Positions 8,830-18,335 of a stretch of DNA of 64,000 bases are shown piece by piece. Source of the stretch: Candidatus Latescibacterota bacterium. GTDB lineage: Bacteria > Latescibacterota > UBA2968 > UBA8231. A program made the position numbers and the translations under genes. A model generated the notes under the pieces. The model had not been told where the DNA came from. It worked only from the letters and a program-made list of their open reading frames with translations, and did not search any database. Where the stretch lies: positions 2,464,001-2,528,000 of the forward strand of contig OZ220089.1 of NCBI GenBank assembly GCA_964291625.2, read 5' to 3'. Numbering within the stretch: position 1 is the first letter of the stretch; each line of letters begins with the position of its first letter.

Positions 8830-9975
8830 TTGACCCGCTGGACCGCCAGGGCCGGCGTCGCCCTCCTCTCCGCCGCGGTGGTCCTGATCCTGGCGGAAAT
8901 ACTGCTGCCCCTGATCCTCACCCTCGAGCAGGCGACGTTGCGGTACGACGCGCTCCTCGGCTTCCGCGGGCGGCCTCACCTCGACATCGCCTGGACCCGG
9001 GAGATGGAAGGGGCAGAGAGCCGGGTGAGGACCAACCGCCTGGGATTCCACGATCACGAGCGCGACATGGCCCCGTCCCCCGGCACCCGGCGGATCCTCT
9101 TTCTCGGCGACTCGTTCCTCGAGGCCTACCAGTCAGGCATCGACGAGAACTTCTCCCAGCGCCTGGCGCGGAACCTGGCGCGCGGCGGCGAGGTGAGGGT
9201 GGAGGCCCTGAACTGGGGCGTCCACGGCTACGGCCTCGGTTCCCACTTCCTCAGCGTCCGCGAACATGTCGCGGCCTGGAAACCGGACACGGTGGTCCTC
9301 GTCCTGTTCCTCGGCAACGACCTGCAGGACAACTACGCTCCTCTCGCCTCGGCCTCGGTCCCCCGTTTCGAGGTTGTGGCCGACTCCCTGGTCTACTCCC
9401 CGGCGCCGCCGTACACCCTGCGGTTCTGGCTGCGCGACAACGTCCTGGCGCGCTCCGCCACCGCCCGGCTGGTCTGGATGTACGGGGTCAAGAGCCGCCC
9501 GGAGATCGCGGCCGTGGCCCGCGGGGCGGGCCTGATCGCCTCGCCGGAGAGCAGGACCACCGATGACCACCTGGCGGGGATGACCGCCCTGGCCCGGCCG
9601 CTGCTGGACGGGATCGCCGCCCACCTGCGGATACAGGGGATCGGCCTCTTCGTGTACCTGATCCCCGATCCCCTGCTGGTGCGGGACGTCATCGACATCC
9701 GCCGCCACCGCCGCGACCCGGGCGCCCCCGTGCCCGTCTACCGCAGGGACAGGGAGTTCATCGAGTCCCGGGTTCTGGACGCGCTGGCGCAACTGCGGAT
9801 CGATCACGTCCATCCCCGGGAGCGGTTCATCGAGCACATCGAGGCGGGCCGGGAGATCTACCGGGGCGGCTACGGACACTTCACAGCCCTCGGCCACGAA
9901 CTGTCGGCGCGGATCCTGACCCGCCACCTCGCCCCGTCCCTCGACCCCTCTAGCCCCGCCCCCGTCCGGAGATGA
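8830..9975 (+). CDS. Membrane-anchored SGNH/GDSL hydrolase-family protein
   Basis: N-terminal TM helix; FLGDSF, NWGVHGYG, FLGND, C-terminal GHFTALGH. Confidence 0.8.
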   Translation: MTRWTARAGVALLSAAVVLILAEILLPLILTLEQATLRYDALLGFRGRPHLDIAWTREMEGAESRVRTNRLGFHDHERDMAPSPGTRRILFLGDSFLEAYQSGIDENFSQRLARNLARGGEVRVEALNWGVHGYGLGSHFLSVREHVAAWKPDTVVLVLFLGNDLQDNYAPLASASVPRFEVVADSLVYSPAPPYTLRFWLRDNVLARSATARLVWMYGVKSRPEIAAVARGAGLIASPESRTTDDHLAGMTALARPLLDGIAAHLRIQGIGLFVYLIPDPLLVRDVIDIRRHRRDPGAPVPVYRRDREFIESRVLDALAQLRIDHVHPRERFIEHIEAGREIYRGGYGHFTALGHELSARILTRHLAPSLDPSSPAPVRR

Positions 9976-10829
9976 ACATGCCGCGGTCAGCCCACAGAAT
10001 CATCGACGCCCACATCCACGTCTGGACCGACGACTTCGCCCGCTACCCGCTGGCCCCGGGGATCAAGGAGGAGGACCTCTGGCTCCCTACCTTCACCCCC
10101 CAGGAGTACTTCCGCTACAGCCGCGCCGTCGGCGACGTTCGCGTCAACCTCGTGCAGATGACCTGGTACGGGACGGATCACAGCTACATCCTCGACCTGA
10201 TCGCCGCCGACCCCGAGACGTTTTCCGGCACCGGGATCGTCAGCCTCGACGACCCCGCCCCGGACCGGACCATGCTCGACCTCGCGGGGAAGGGATGCCG
10301 TGCCTTCCGGGAGCCTCCGTCGCACCTCGAACACCCGGCCTTCGAGAAGCTGTTCTCCACCGGGGCGGACCAGAACCTCGCCATCAGCTTCAACATGCGC
10401 GTCGACCGGCTGCCCGCCCTGGACCGTCTGTGCACCCGCCACCCCGAGACCCCGGTGATCCTCGACCACGTCTGCCACGTCGGCATCAGGGAAGCTGACT
10501 ACAGCGAGGACGATCTCGAGGCCCTGCTCCGCTTCGCCAGGCACAGGAAGGTGATGGTCAAGATCGGACCGCTTCAGGCACTATGCTCCCGGCGTGCTCC
10601 CTACCTCGACGCGCTCCCCCTCATACAGCGCGTCGTGGAGTCCTACGGGGCCGATCGCTGCATGTGGGAGAGCGACAGCGGCGGACCGATCACAATGGAG
10701 GATCCCATGACGGACTATCCGGCGGCGGTGGCCCTCATCCGGGATCACGCCAGCTTCCTCAGCCAGGCCGAGAGGGAGGCGCTCCTGTGGGGGACGGCGG
10801 AGGGCTTCTTCTTCCGCGGGAGGAGTTGA
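9972..10829 (+). CDS. Amidohydrolase_2-family protein
   Basis: IIDAHIHVW, ILDH, CMWESDSGGP; 4-nt overlap with upstream gene. Confidence 0.85.
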   Translation: MNMPRSAHRIIDAHIHVWTDDFARYPLAPGIKEEDLWLPTFTPQEYFRYSRAVGDVRVNLVQMTWYGTDHSYILDLIAADPETFSGTGIVSLDDPAPDRTMLDLAGKGCRAFREPPSHLEHPAFEKLFSTGADQNLAISFNMRVDRLPALDRLCTRHPETPVILDHVCHVGIREADYSEDDLEALLRFARHRKVMVKIGPLQALCSRRAPYLDALPLIQRVVESYGADRCMWESDSGGPITMEDPMTDYPAAVALIRDHASFLSQAEREALLWGTAEGFFFRGRS

Positions 10830-10833
10830 ACCC

Positions 10834-12027
10834 ATGGCCGCCGAAACGATGCCGAGGAACCCTCTCCTGGCCGTGGTGAGCGACCCCGACGCGGCGCGCG
10901 TGCTCGACGGACCGTCGCACGTGCTCGCCCGGGCGACCCGTCCTGACTTCCTCGACAACCCACGCTCCCCGGTGGAGTGGTCGGCGGGCGACTGGAGCGA
11001 CCTGGAGGCCGAGCGGGACGACCTGCTCGACCTGGCGGCGGTGGAAGAGCAGTTCGACCGCGGCGACTTCCTCCTGGATGGGTACGCTGTCTTCGAAGGG
11101 GTCGTCAGGCCCAGGGCCCGCGAGCGCTGGCTGGCGGCGCTGGCACGGGGACAGTTCCTCAACGACACGCTGCTCCGGGCCGACTGGTCGGCGATCGACT
11201 GGCACGGCCTCGGCCGCCGGCCGCCGTGGGAGAAGGTCCCCGCCGCGCACCTGGAGAAGGCCCTCGGGGGCAGTCAGAAAGTGCCCCAGGGCACCGACGC
11301 CGCGGGGGTCCTCACCCTGAGGCTGCACTCGGTCTTCGCCGAGTATTTCCCGGCCGGCCACCTGCCCTTCCTGGCCGAGGTCCTCACGCACCCGGACATG
11401 CTTGCCCTGCAGCGCCTCTGCCTCGGCAGCGATACCCTCTTCTTCGACCACAACCAGCTGCTCTCGCGTCCACCCGGCTACGCCGGCGGGGCCTGGCACA
11501 GCCATCGGCTTGGCGCCGGCTGCGACCTCGGCACGGTCCTCCCCGACGAGTACGACCGCCAGCCGAACCTGCTCCTGACCCTCTGCTATCTGAACGGCTT
11601 CGACGCCGGGGACGACGGCGGCCTCAAGATCATCCGCGGCAGCCACCTCTTCCGCGACCCGGAAGGATGCCGTGCGGAGACGGACGCGGAGATGGCCCGC
11701 GGCTGGCTCGACGGCCGGGCCCACCCGGTCACCGGCCGACCCCTCGAGATGGAGCATCTCGCCCTGCCGGAGGGATCGGTGGTCTGCTGTCTGTCCCACG
11801 CGGCCCACGGGGTGGCGCCCAAGGCTGCCGGAAGGCAGACCCGCCTGTGTTCCCTGTTCTGCTACCGGAAGCCGTGGACCGACGGGAGCGCCCAGCCCCC
11901 CTGGGAGGTGCCCCCCGTCTGGGCGGTGAAGGCCCGGCGCGGGGAGCTTCCCCCCGTCCTGACGGAACTGCTCCGCCCCAGCTTCGACCGCGCTCTGACC
12001 CGCGGCAAGACTCGTTCGGACGAGTAG
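10834..12027 (+). CDS. PhyH-like Fe(II)/2-oxoglutarate dioxygenase (HxH variant)
   Basis: FLLDGYAVFEGV, AWHSH, GGLKIIRGSH, GSVV..SHAAHGV, TRL. Confidence 0.78.
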   Translation: MAAETMPRNPLLAVVSDPDAARVLDGPSHVLARATRPDFLDNPRSPVEWSAGDWSDLEAERDDLLDLAAVEEQFDRGDFLLDGYAVFEGVVRPRARERWLAALARGQFLNDTLLRADWSAIDWHGLGRRPPWEKVPAAHLEKALGGSQKVPQGTDAAGVLTLRLHSVFAEYFPAGHLPFLAEVLTHPDMLALQRLCLGSDTLFFDHNQLLSRPPGYAGGAWHSHRLGAGCDLGTVLPDEYDRQPNLLLTLCYLNGFDAGDDGGLKIIRGSHLFRDPEGCRAETDAEMARGWLDGRAHPVTGRPLEMEHLALPEGSVVCCLSHAAHGVAPKAAGRQTRLCSLFCYRKPWTDGSAQPPWEVPPVWAVKARRGELPPVLTELLRPSFDRALTRGKTRSDE

Positions 12028-12044
12028 CAGCCGGGGTGCGGCGA

Positions 12045-12072
12045 TTGCCAATCCGAGGGAATTCCTTACATT
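12045..12072 (+). promoter_or_regulatory. Putative sigma70 promoter of csp
   Basis: TTGCCA (12045-12050), 16-nt spacer, TACATT (12067-12072), about 175 nt upstream of the start codon. Confidence 0.5.
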
Positions 12073-12247
12073 CGTGCTCAAGCCGTCACGGGCCCGAGCT
12101 TCTCCCCTCGAAGGCGGTGGCGAGGAAACCGGGCGGCTTTGTCGAGTTGGCAGCAGCAGATTGCGGTAACTGAAGTTCCATCAGCTTGAGTCCGTTGCGC
12201 GCTCTGTCCAACGCTTTGTTTCACCCTTCTTGCGAAGGAGCCGGTAA

Positions 12248-12463
12248 GTGGCCGAGCGCGAAGTCGGAACCGTAAAATGGTTCAACGACGCCAAGGGCTA
12301 CGGCTTCATTCAGCGGGCGAACGGCACCGACGTCTTCGTCCACCACTCCGCGATCCAGATGGATGGGTTCCGGACGCTGGCCGAAGGTCAGCAGGTGGAG
12401 TTCGACGTGGTGCAGGGCCAAAAGGGCCCGGCCGCTGAGCGGGTGACGGCCGCCTCTGCCTGA
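12248..12463 (+). CDS. Cold-shock protein (CspA family)
   Basis: [15 protein letters not shown] (RNP1), DVFVHHSAI (RNP2); SD AAGGAG. Confidence 0.97.
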   Translation: MAEREVGTVKWFNDAKGYGFIQRANGTDVFVHHSAIQMDGFRTLAEGQQVEFDVVQGQKGPAAERVTAASA

Positions 12464-12492
12464 GGAGGCACGTCGCCCGGCGAAGTCCGAGC

Positions 12493-12527
12493 GAAGCGGG
12501 GTCGGTGGTTTCACCGGCCCCGTTTTC
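12493..12527 (+). terminator. Rho-independent terminator after csp
   Basis: Stem CGGGGTCGGTG-GTTT-CACCGGCCCCG followed by TTTTC. Confidence 0.8.
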
Positions 12528-12552
12528 TCGTTCTGCCCCGGCGACCAGGCGG

Positions 12553-13482
12553 TCAGGCTTCCACCGACCCCTCCGCCCAGTCACGGGGCCGCAGGAACTC
12601 CTCGTAGAGCCGCGCCTCCGGTGTGCCGGCCTCCGGCCGCCAGTCGTAGCGCCAGCCCACCTTCGGCGGCATCGACACCAGGATCGACTCGACTCGCCCG
12701 CCGGACTGCAGCCCGAAGAGGGTGCCGCGGTCGTAGAGCAGGTTGAACTCGACGTAGCGCCCCCGCCGGTAGAGCTGGAAGTCCCGCTCGCGCCGGCCGT
12801 GGGGCGTGTCCTTGCGTCTATCCAGAATCGGCCCGTACGCCTTCATGTAGTGGTCGCCCACGGAGCGGGTGAAAGCGAAGGCCCTGTCGAAGCCGCCCTC
12901 GTCGAAGTCGTCGAAGAACAGGCCGCCGATGCCCCGGGCCTCGCCGCGGTGCTTCAGGTGGAAGTACTCGTCGCACCACTTCTTGAAGCGGGGGTACAGC
13001 GCGGGTCCGAAGGGCTCGCAGGCCGCCCGCGCCATCCGGTGCCAGTCCACCGCGTCGGCCTCGAACCCGTAGAACGGAGTCAGGTCGAAGCCGCCGCCGA
13101 ACCACCACGCCGGCTCGGAAACCCCCTGGGGATCGGTGGCGAGAAAGAACCGCACATTGAGGTGGGAAGTCGGCGCGTAGGGGTTGAGGGGGTGTACGAT
13201 GACGGAGACACCCATGGCCTCGAAGGCCCGTCCCGCCAGTTCCGGGCGCCGCGCCGAGGCCGCGGGGGGCAGCCGTCCGCCGGTCACGCGCGAGAGGTTG
13301 ACGCCGCTCTTCTCGATCACGGCCCCGCCCTCGAGCACGCGGCTCACCCCGCCGCCGCCGTCATCGCGGCTCCAGGCGTCCTCGCGGAAGGCGGCCCCCC
13401 CTCCGTCGATCTCCTCGAGGTGGGCGCAGATGCCGTCCTGCAACCCTCGGAGATAGGAGAAGACCTCTTCGACCTCGGGCAC
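12553..13482 (-). CDS. hemF: Oxygen-dependent coproporphyrinogen III oxidase
   Basis: [54 protein letters not shown]; start approximate. Confidence 0.96.
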   Translation of the reverse strand: MPEVEEVFSYLRGLQDGICAHLEEIDGGGAAFREDAWSRDDGGGGVSRVLEGGAVIEKSGVNLSRVTGGRLPPAASARRPELAGRAFEAMGVSVIVHPLNPYAPTSHLNVRFFLATDPQGVSEPAWWFGGGFDLTPFYGFEADAVDWHRMARAACEPFGPALYPRFKKWCDEYFHLKHRGEARGIGGLFFDDFDEGGFDRAFAFTRSVGDHYMKAYGPILDRRKDTPHGRRERDFQLYRRGRYVEFNLLYDRGTLFGLQSGGRVESILVSMPPKVGWRYDWRPEAGTPEARLYEEFLRPRDWAEGSVEA

Positions 13483-13592
13483 CTTGACCCTCCCAGTCGC
13501 TTTGGGGAGATTCCGCCGCCACAACCTGCCCGCCTCTCCAGCAGGTGTCAATCCGCCGCCCGCACGCCCGAGTTCACCCAGGATCCGCCCCC

Positions 13593-14579
13593 ATGCTGAT
13601 CGGCACCCGCATCTCCCCGGACTGGCTCGAGCGACCCGACGACCTGCGTTTCCTCAAGCAGATCGGCGTCGACGTGGTCGACATCACCATGTCCCTGATC
13701 CCGGGCTACGACGAGACCGGCCGCCTCGGCCGCGAAGGGGTCGAGCGGGCCGTCGAGCTCCTCGCCGCGGCCGACCTGCGCATCGAGCGCATCAACAGCA
13801 CCGGCGACATGACCCGCAGGACCTTCCTCGGACTACCCGGCTCCGAGGAGGAGCTGGACAACCTGGCCCACAACACCCGGGTCTGCTGCGACTTCGGCCT
13901 GCCCGTCCTCGGGGTGCAGTGCTTCCAGGGCGGCAGCTTCGGTCACTTTGCCGGGCCCGCCCACAGCTGGGTCGAAGGTCGGGGCGGCTACCAGTACCTG
14001 CGCTCCGACCTGTCGGAAGCGCTGCGGGACCGCCCGCCGCCGGAGGGCGCGCCCACGGCCGATCAGCTCTGGGAGCGGACCCTGCGCATCTTCGAGCGGG
14101 TCGTGCCGATCGCCGAGAGCGGCGGCGTGCTCGTCGCCATGCACGGCAACGATCCCCCCGTGCCCGCCCTCTACGGCGTACCCCAGATCCTCTACGACTT
14201 CGACTGCTTCGACCGCCTCTTCCGGGAGATCGACTCGCCGAACATGGGCATGACCTTCTGCGTCGGGACCCGCTACGAGTCGGGCCAGGACGTCTTCGAG
14301 GGCATCCGGCGTTTCGGTGAGCGCGGGAAGATCTTCCACGTCCATTTCCGCAACGTCCACGGCCGCATTCCGGTCGATGGCTGGTACGAGGAGCGCGCCC
14401 CCGACGAGGGCGATCTGTCGATGTTCGAGGTCGCCCGGGCCCTGCGGGGCGTCGGCTACGAGCGCGCAATCGATTATGACCACATCATGCGCCTGGTCGG
14501 AGACGAGGCCGGCAAGGCCTACATCGCCTTCTGCGTCGGCCACAGCAAGGGGATCCTCGAAGGGTTGCGAGGCCCGTGA
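13593..14579 (+). CDS. Mannonate dehydratase (UxuA)-like TIM-barrel protein, divergent
   Basis: AMHGNDPP (cf. HPDDPP), TFCVGT, HVHFRNV, DYDH. Confidence 0.72.
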   Translation: MLIGTRISPDWLERPDDLRFLKQIGVDVVDITMSLIPGYDETGRLGREGVERAVELLAAADLRIERINSTGDMTRRTFLGLPGSEEELDNLAHNTRVCCDFGLPVLGVQCFQGGSFGHFAGPAHSWVEGRGGYQYLRSDLSEALRDRPPPEGAPTADQLWERTLRIFERVVPIAESGGVLVAMHGNDPPVPALYGVPQILYDFDCFDRLFREIDSPNMGMTFCVGTRYESGQDVFEGIRRFGERGKIFHVHFRNVHGRIPVDGWYEERAPDEGDLSMFEVARALRGVGYERAIDYDHIMRLVGDEAGKAYIAFCVGHSKGILEGLRGP

Positions 14580-16099
14580 AGATCGCCCTCGGCTCGGTCC
14601 TGACCGAGTGCAACCAGTTCGGGGGCTCGCCGATCGACCTCGACTGGTTCGCCCGATACGAGCTCTGCCGCGGCGACGAGGTCCTCGGCCTGGAAGCCGG
14701 CGTCGTCGGGGGGGCGCTGCAGTTCCTGCACTCGGCCGGCGCCGACGTCGCTCCCCTGATCTCGGCCAGCACCTGCCCCGGCGGCTGCATCACCGCCGAC
14801 TGCTACCAGTACCTGCGGGGTGAGCTGCTCAGCCGGCTCTCGCGGGCCCTGCCCGTCGACGGGGTCCTGCTCGGCCTCCACGGAAGCGCCGTCGCCGAGG
14901 GCGCCGAGGACGTCGAAGGAGATCTGATCTCCGCGGTACGGGCCCTCGTGGGCCCCGCTGTCCCCGTGGCGGCCACCCTCGACCTGCACGCCCACGTGAC
15001 CCGCGCCATGGTCGAGAACGCCCACGGCCTGGTGGCCTGGTCCACCTACCCGCACCGGGACGCCGCCGGCACCGGAGAGCGCGGCGCCCGCCTCCTCCTC
15101 GACATCGCCGGGGGACGCTGCCGCCCCGCGATGGCACTGGCCAAGGTGCCCGTCATCGTCGGGGGCATCAACGGCTCCACCGACGGAGACGGCCCCTTCG
15201 CCCGCATGATGCGGGATCTGCGCCGCGACGAAGCCGGGGCGGGCGTGCTGTCGGCCAGCCTGTTCCTCGTGCATCCCTTCCTCGACCAGCCGGACCTGGG
15301 CGGCGGCGGCCTCTTCGTCGTCGACGGCGACATGGACCGCGCCCGGCGCCTGGCCGTCGGGACGGCGCGGGACTACTGGCGCCACCGCCGCGAGCTCGAA
15401 GCCGCCGCCCTCTCGCCGGAGGCGGCGATCCGTGCCGGCCTGGAGAGCGGCGGCCGGCCCGTCGTCCTGATCGAGGCCGCCGACTGCGCCGGCGGCGGCG
15501 CATCGGGCGACAGCGTCGCCTCCCTGGCCGCCCTGCTCGCCTTGGACGACCCGCCGCCGGCCCTCCTGCCCGTGGTCGATCCCGAGGCGGCCGCGGACTG
15601 CCATCGGGCCGGCCCCGGAGCCGAGGTCTCCACTTCCCTCGGCCACAAGCTCGACCCCGCCTGGGGCCGGCCGATCAAGGTGCGCGGCCTCGTGGAGAGC
15701 CTCCACGACGGACGCTTCCGCTACACCGGCGGCATCTGGGACGGCGTGGAGGGAGAGATGGGGCCGACGGCCGTGCTGTCCATCGGAGTGGTGCGGGTGC
15801 TGGTCACCAGCCACGCCACCTACGATTGGGCCGACGAGCAGTGGAGGGCCGTGGGGATCGACCCGAGGCAGACGAAGTTCGTCGTCGCCAAGAATCCGAT
15901 GAACTTCCACAACGTCTACGACGACGTGGCCGCCGCTTTCCACGTCCTCGACACCCCGGGCCCCACACCGGCCACCATCCGCAACCATCCTCTGCGGCGC
16001 ATGCCCCGCCCCTATTTCCCCGTGGACGAAGAGATCCCCGGTCTGGAGCCGACGGTCTGGACGAACGCCGCTCTGCTGGCCGCGGGGACCGGCCTCTGA
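14576..16099 (+). CDS. M81-family metallopeptidase (MlrC-like)
   Basis: TECNQF, LHGS, TLDLHAH, TYPHRD, DCAGGGASGD, VVAK. Confidence 0.88.
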   Translation: MKIALGSVLTECNQFGGSPIDLDWFARYELCRGDEVLGLEAGVVGGALQFLHSAGADVAPLISASTCPGGCITADCYQYLRGELLSRLSRALPVDGVLLGLHGSAVAEGAEDVEGDLISAVRALVGPAVPVAATLDLHAHVTRAMVENAHGLVAWSTYPHRDAAGTGERGARLLLDIAGGRCRPAMALAKVPVIVGGINGSTDGDGPFARMMRDLRRDEAGAGVLSASLFLVHPFLDQPDLGGGGLFVVDGDMDRARRLAVGTARDYWRHRRELEAAALSPEAAIRAGLESGGRPVVLIEAADCAGGGASGDSVASLAALLALDDPPPALLPVVDPEAAADCHRAGPGAEVSTSLGHKLDPAWGRPIKVRGLVESLHDGRFRYTGGIWDGVEGEMGPTAVLSIGVVRVLVTSHATYDWADEQWRAVGIDPRQTKFVVAKNPMNFHNVYDDVAAAFHVLDTPGPTPATIRNHPLRRMPRPYFPVDEEIPGLEPTVWTNAALLAAGTGL

Positions 16100-16201
16100 C
16101 GGTTGCTGTCCCCGGGCGGCGTCGGTTAGCTTACGCGCCACCATGGGAATCGACTGGGTCCGCTCTCCCCGACGCCCGCGCCGGCCATCGGAGGCTGCCT
16201 G

Positions 16202-17305
16202 ATGGCCGCGGCCCTCGGCGTCGCCATCATCGGCACCGGCCGTGTCGGCTACCAGTTCTCCTTCGGGGACCTGCCCGACAACCACGCCGAAGCCGTGGCC
16301 GCCTGCGAGGACGTGCGCCTCGTGGCCGGGGTCAATCGCGGCCTCGACAAGCTCGAGGCCTTCGGGCAGCGCTTCGGCGTCGACGCCCTCTTCCACGACT
16401 ACCGGCAGATGCTGGAGCGGGCGGCGCCGGAGATCGTCGTCGTCGCCACCCATCCCGAGCTGCACTGCGAGATGGTCCTCGACTGCGCCGCGGCGCCCTC
16501 GGTGCGCGCCATCATCTGCGAGAAGCCGATGGCCCTCTCCCTGGAGGAGTGCGACCGCATGATCGCCGCCTGCGAGCGCGAGTCCGTCCTCCTGCAGGTC
16601 AACCACAACCGGCGCTGGCACCCGGAGTGGCAGCTGGCCGGCCGGCTGCTCGGCGACGGCGCCATCGGCGAGCTGATCCACATCGACTGCTTCATGGACG
16701 GCTGCAAACCGGAGCCCTCCTGGCGCTCGGAAAACGAAGGGCCCCTGCTCCACGACTACACCCACTACTTCGACCTCATGGACCTCTACGGTGGGCCCGT
16801 GACCTGGCTCTGCGGCACCGCCGAGCAGAGGACCCGCCCCTGGGCGGTGGAGGACTACGCCGCCGCCTTCCTCAAGTTCGAGAGCGGCGTCACCGGGACG
16901 ATCCGGGGCGCAGAACTGACCACGTATTCTGACCACGGCTTCGAGCTGCGCGGTTCCACCGGCCTGATCCGCATGGTGGGGGAGCAGGTTCATCTGCAGC
17001 AGTCGCAGCAGGGCATGTACGAGCCCGACTCCGGGTTCCAGTGGAGCGACCTCGAGGCCGCCGAGGTCGAGCGGCCGGCGCCGGCCAGCACCTACGTCTC
17101 CGCCCTCCGGGAGTTGACCTCCGCCCTCGACGGAGAGGGTACCCTGCGCTCCGACGGCCGCGTCGGCCGCCGCTCCATGGAGCTGGTGACCGCCGTGTAC
17201 CAGTCGCAGCTCACCGGCAACCGGCCCGTCACCTTCCCGCTGAACAGGCTCGACAACGGCGTCGTGGCCCTGCGACAGGCCGGCACCTTCCGCGAGCGCG
17301 GCTGA
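16202..17305 (+). CDS. Gfo/Idh/MocA oxidoreductase
   Basis: IIGTGRVG, CEKPMA, NHNRRW, THYFD. Confidence 0.9.
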   Translation: MAAALGVAIIGTGRVGYQFSFGDLPDNHAEAVAACEDVRLVAGVNRGLDKLEAFGQRFGVDALFHDYRQMLERAAPEIVVVATHPELHCEMVLDCAAAPSVRAIICEKPMALSLEECDRMIAACERESVLLQVNHNRRWHPEWQLAGRLLGDGAIGELIHIDCFMDGCKPEPSWRSENEGPLLHDYTHYFDLMDLYGGPVTWLCGTAEQRTRPWAVEDYAAAFLKFESGVTGTIRGAELTTYSDHGFELRGSTGLIRMVGEQVHLQQSQQGMYEPDSGFQWSDLEAAEVERPAPASTYVSALRELTSALDGEGTLRSDGRVGRRSMELVTAVYQSQLTGNRPVTFPLNRLDNGVVALRQAGTFRERG

Positions 17306-17309
17306 CCAC

Positions 17310-18335
17310 GTGGCCCGGACCAAGAGAAGGGCCCCGGCCCGCCCGGCGGCCCCGAAGAGGCCCAGCCGGCGGCGCCCGGTTCGGGTGGCCGTCATCGGCG
17401 CGGGAGGCCGCGCCACCAGCGCCCACTACCCGTGCCTGGTGGAACTGCCCAACTGCGATCTCCTGGCCGCCTGCGACCTCGACGAGGCCCGGCTGGAGCA
17501 GGTCTGCGACCGCTTCGGCATCCCCGGGAGGTACGGCAGCTACGAGGAGATGATCGGCGCCGAGCGGCCCGACGCCGTGTACGCCATCATGCCGCCCCAG
17601 CACCTCTACGACGTGGCCGCCACGGTGCTGGACATGGGGTGCCACCTCTTCGTCGAGAAGCCCCCCGCCGTGACCACCGAGCAGGTGCGCCAGCTGGCTG
17701 CCATCGCCCGTCGGCGGAAGGTGCTCACCGGGGTCACATTCCAGCGCCGATTCTCGCCCCTGATCCGCCAGGGCAAGGCGCGCTGCGAGGAGCGCGGACC
17801 CGTGCACACGGCCCATGCTTCGTTCTACAAGAACCAGGTCGGCGGCGACCCCTACTACAAGGGGGCCATGGACATGCTCACCTGCGACGGCATCCACGCC
17901 GTCGACACCCTGCGCTACCTGTGCGGGGGAGAGGTGGTCAGCGTGGCCTCCGACAACCGCCGCCTCGACGCCGGCCACTGGAACATCCACCTGGCCCTGG
18001 TGCGGTTCTCCTCCGGCGCCACCGGCCTGCTGCTGAACAACTTCATGGCCGGCCGGCGGAGCTTCTCGGTTGAGATCCACTCCGCCGGCGTCAGCTTCTA
18101 CGGGGATCCGGAGGAGGGCGGCCAGCTCTTCGCCGACGACCGCGCCGACCCCATCGAGCGGCTCGACCCGGCGGAGCTGGCCGGCGGCAGCGAGCCCTGG
18201 CGCGCCTACGGCGCCTGGGACACCAACGCCCACTTCCTGGAGTGCCTGCGCCGCGGGGTGGCTCCCGAAACGAACTTCGAGGACGCCATCCGCACCATGG
18301 AGCTGGTGGACGCCGTCTACGGCAGCCAGATCTAG
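17310..18335 (+). CDS. Gfo/Idh/MocA oxidoreductase
   Basis: VIGAGG, VEKPP, FQRRF, DGIHAVD. Confidence 0.9.
   Translation: MARTKRRAPARPAAPKRPSRRRPVRVAVIGAGGRATSAHYPCLVELPNCDLLAACDLDEARLEQVCDRFGIPGRYGSYEEMIGAERPDAVYAIMPPQHLYDVAATVLDMGCHLFVEKPPAVTTEQVRQLAAIARRRKVLTGVTFQRRFSPLIRQGKARCEERGPVHTAHASFYKNQVGGDPYYKGAMDMLTCDGIHAVDTLRYLCGGEVVSVASDNRRLDAGHWNIHLALVRFSSGATGLLLNNFMAGRRSFSVEIHSAGVSFYGDPEEGGQLFADDRADPIERLDPAELAGGSEPWRAYGAWDTNAHFLECLRRGVAPETNFEDAIRTMELVDAVYGSQI

Noticed and set aside
14519-17416. 965-aa minus-strand ORF, and similar long ORFs at 11-2359, 21051-23102, 35600-37972, 54979-58020 and 60177-62672
   Set aside because: They are antisense shadows of well-supported genes, expected in GC-rich DNA, and have no recognisable motifs
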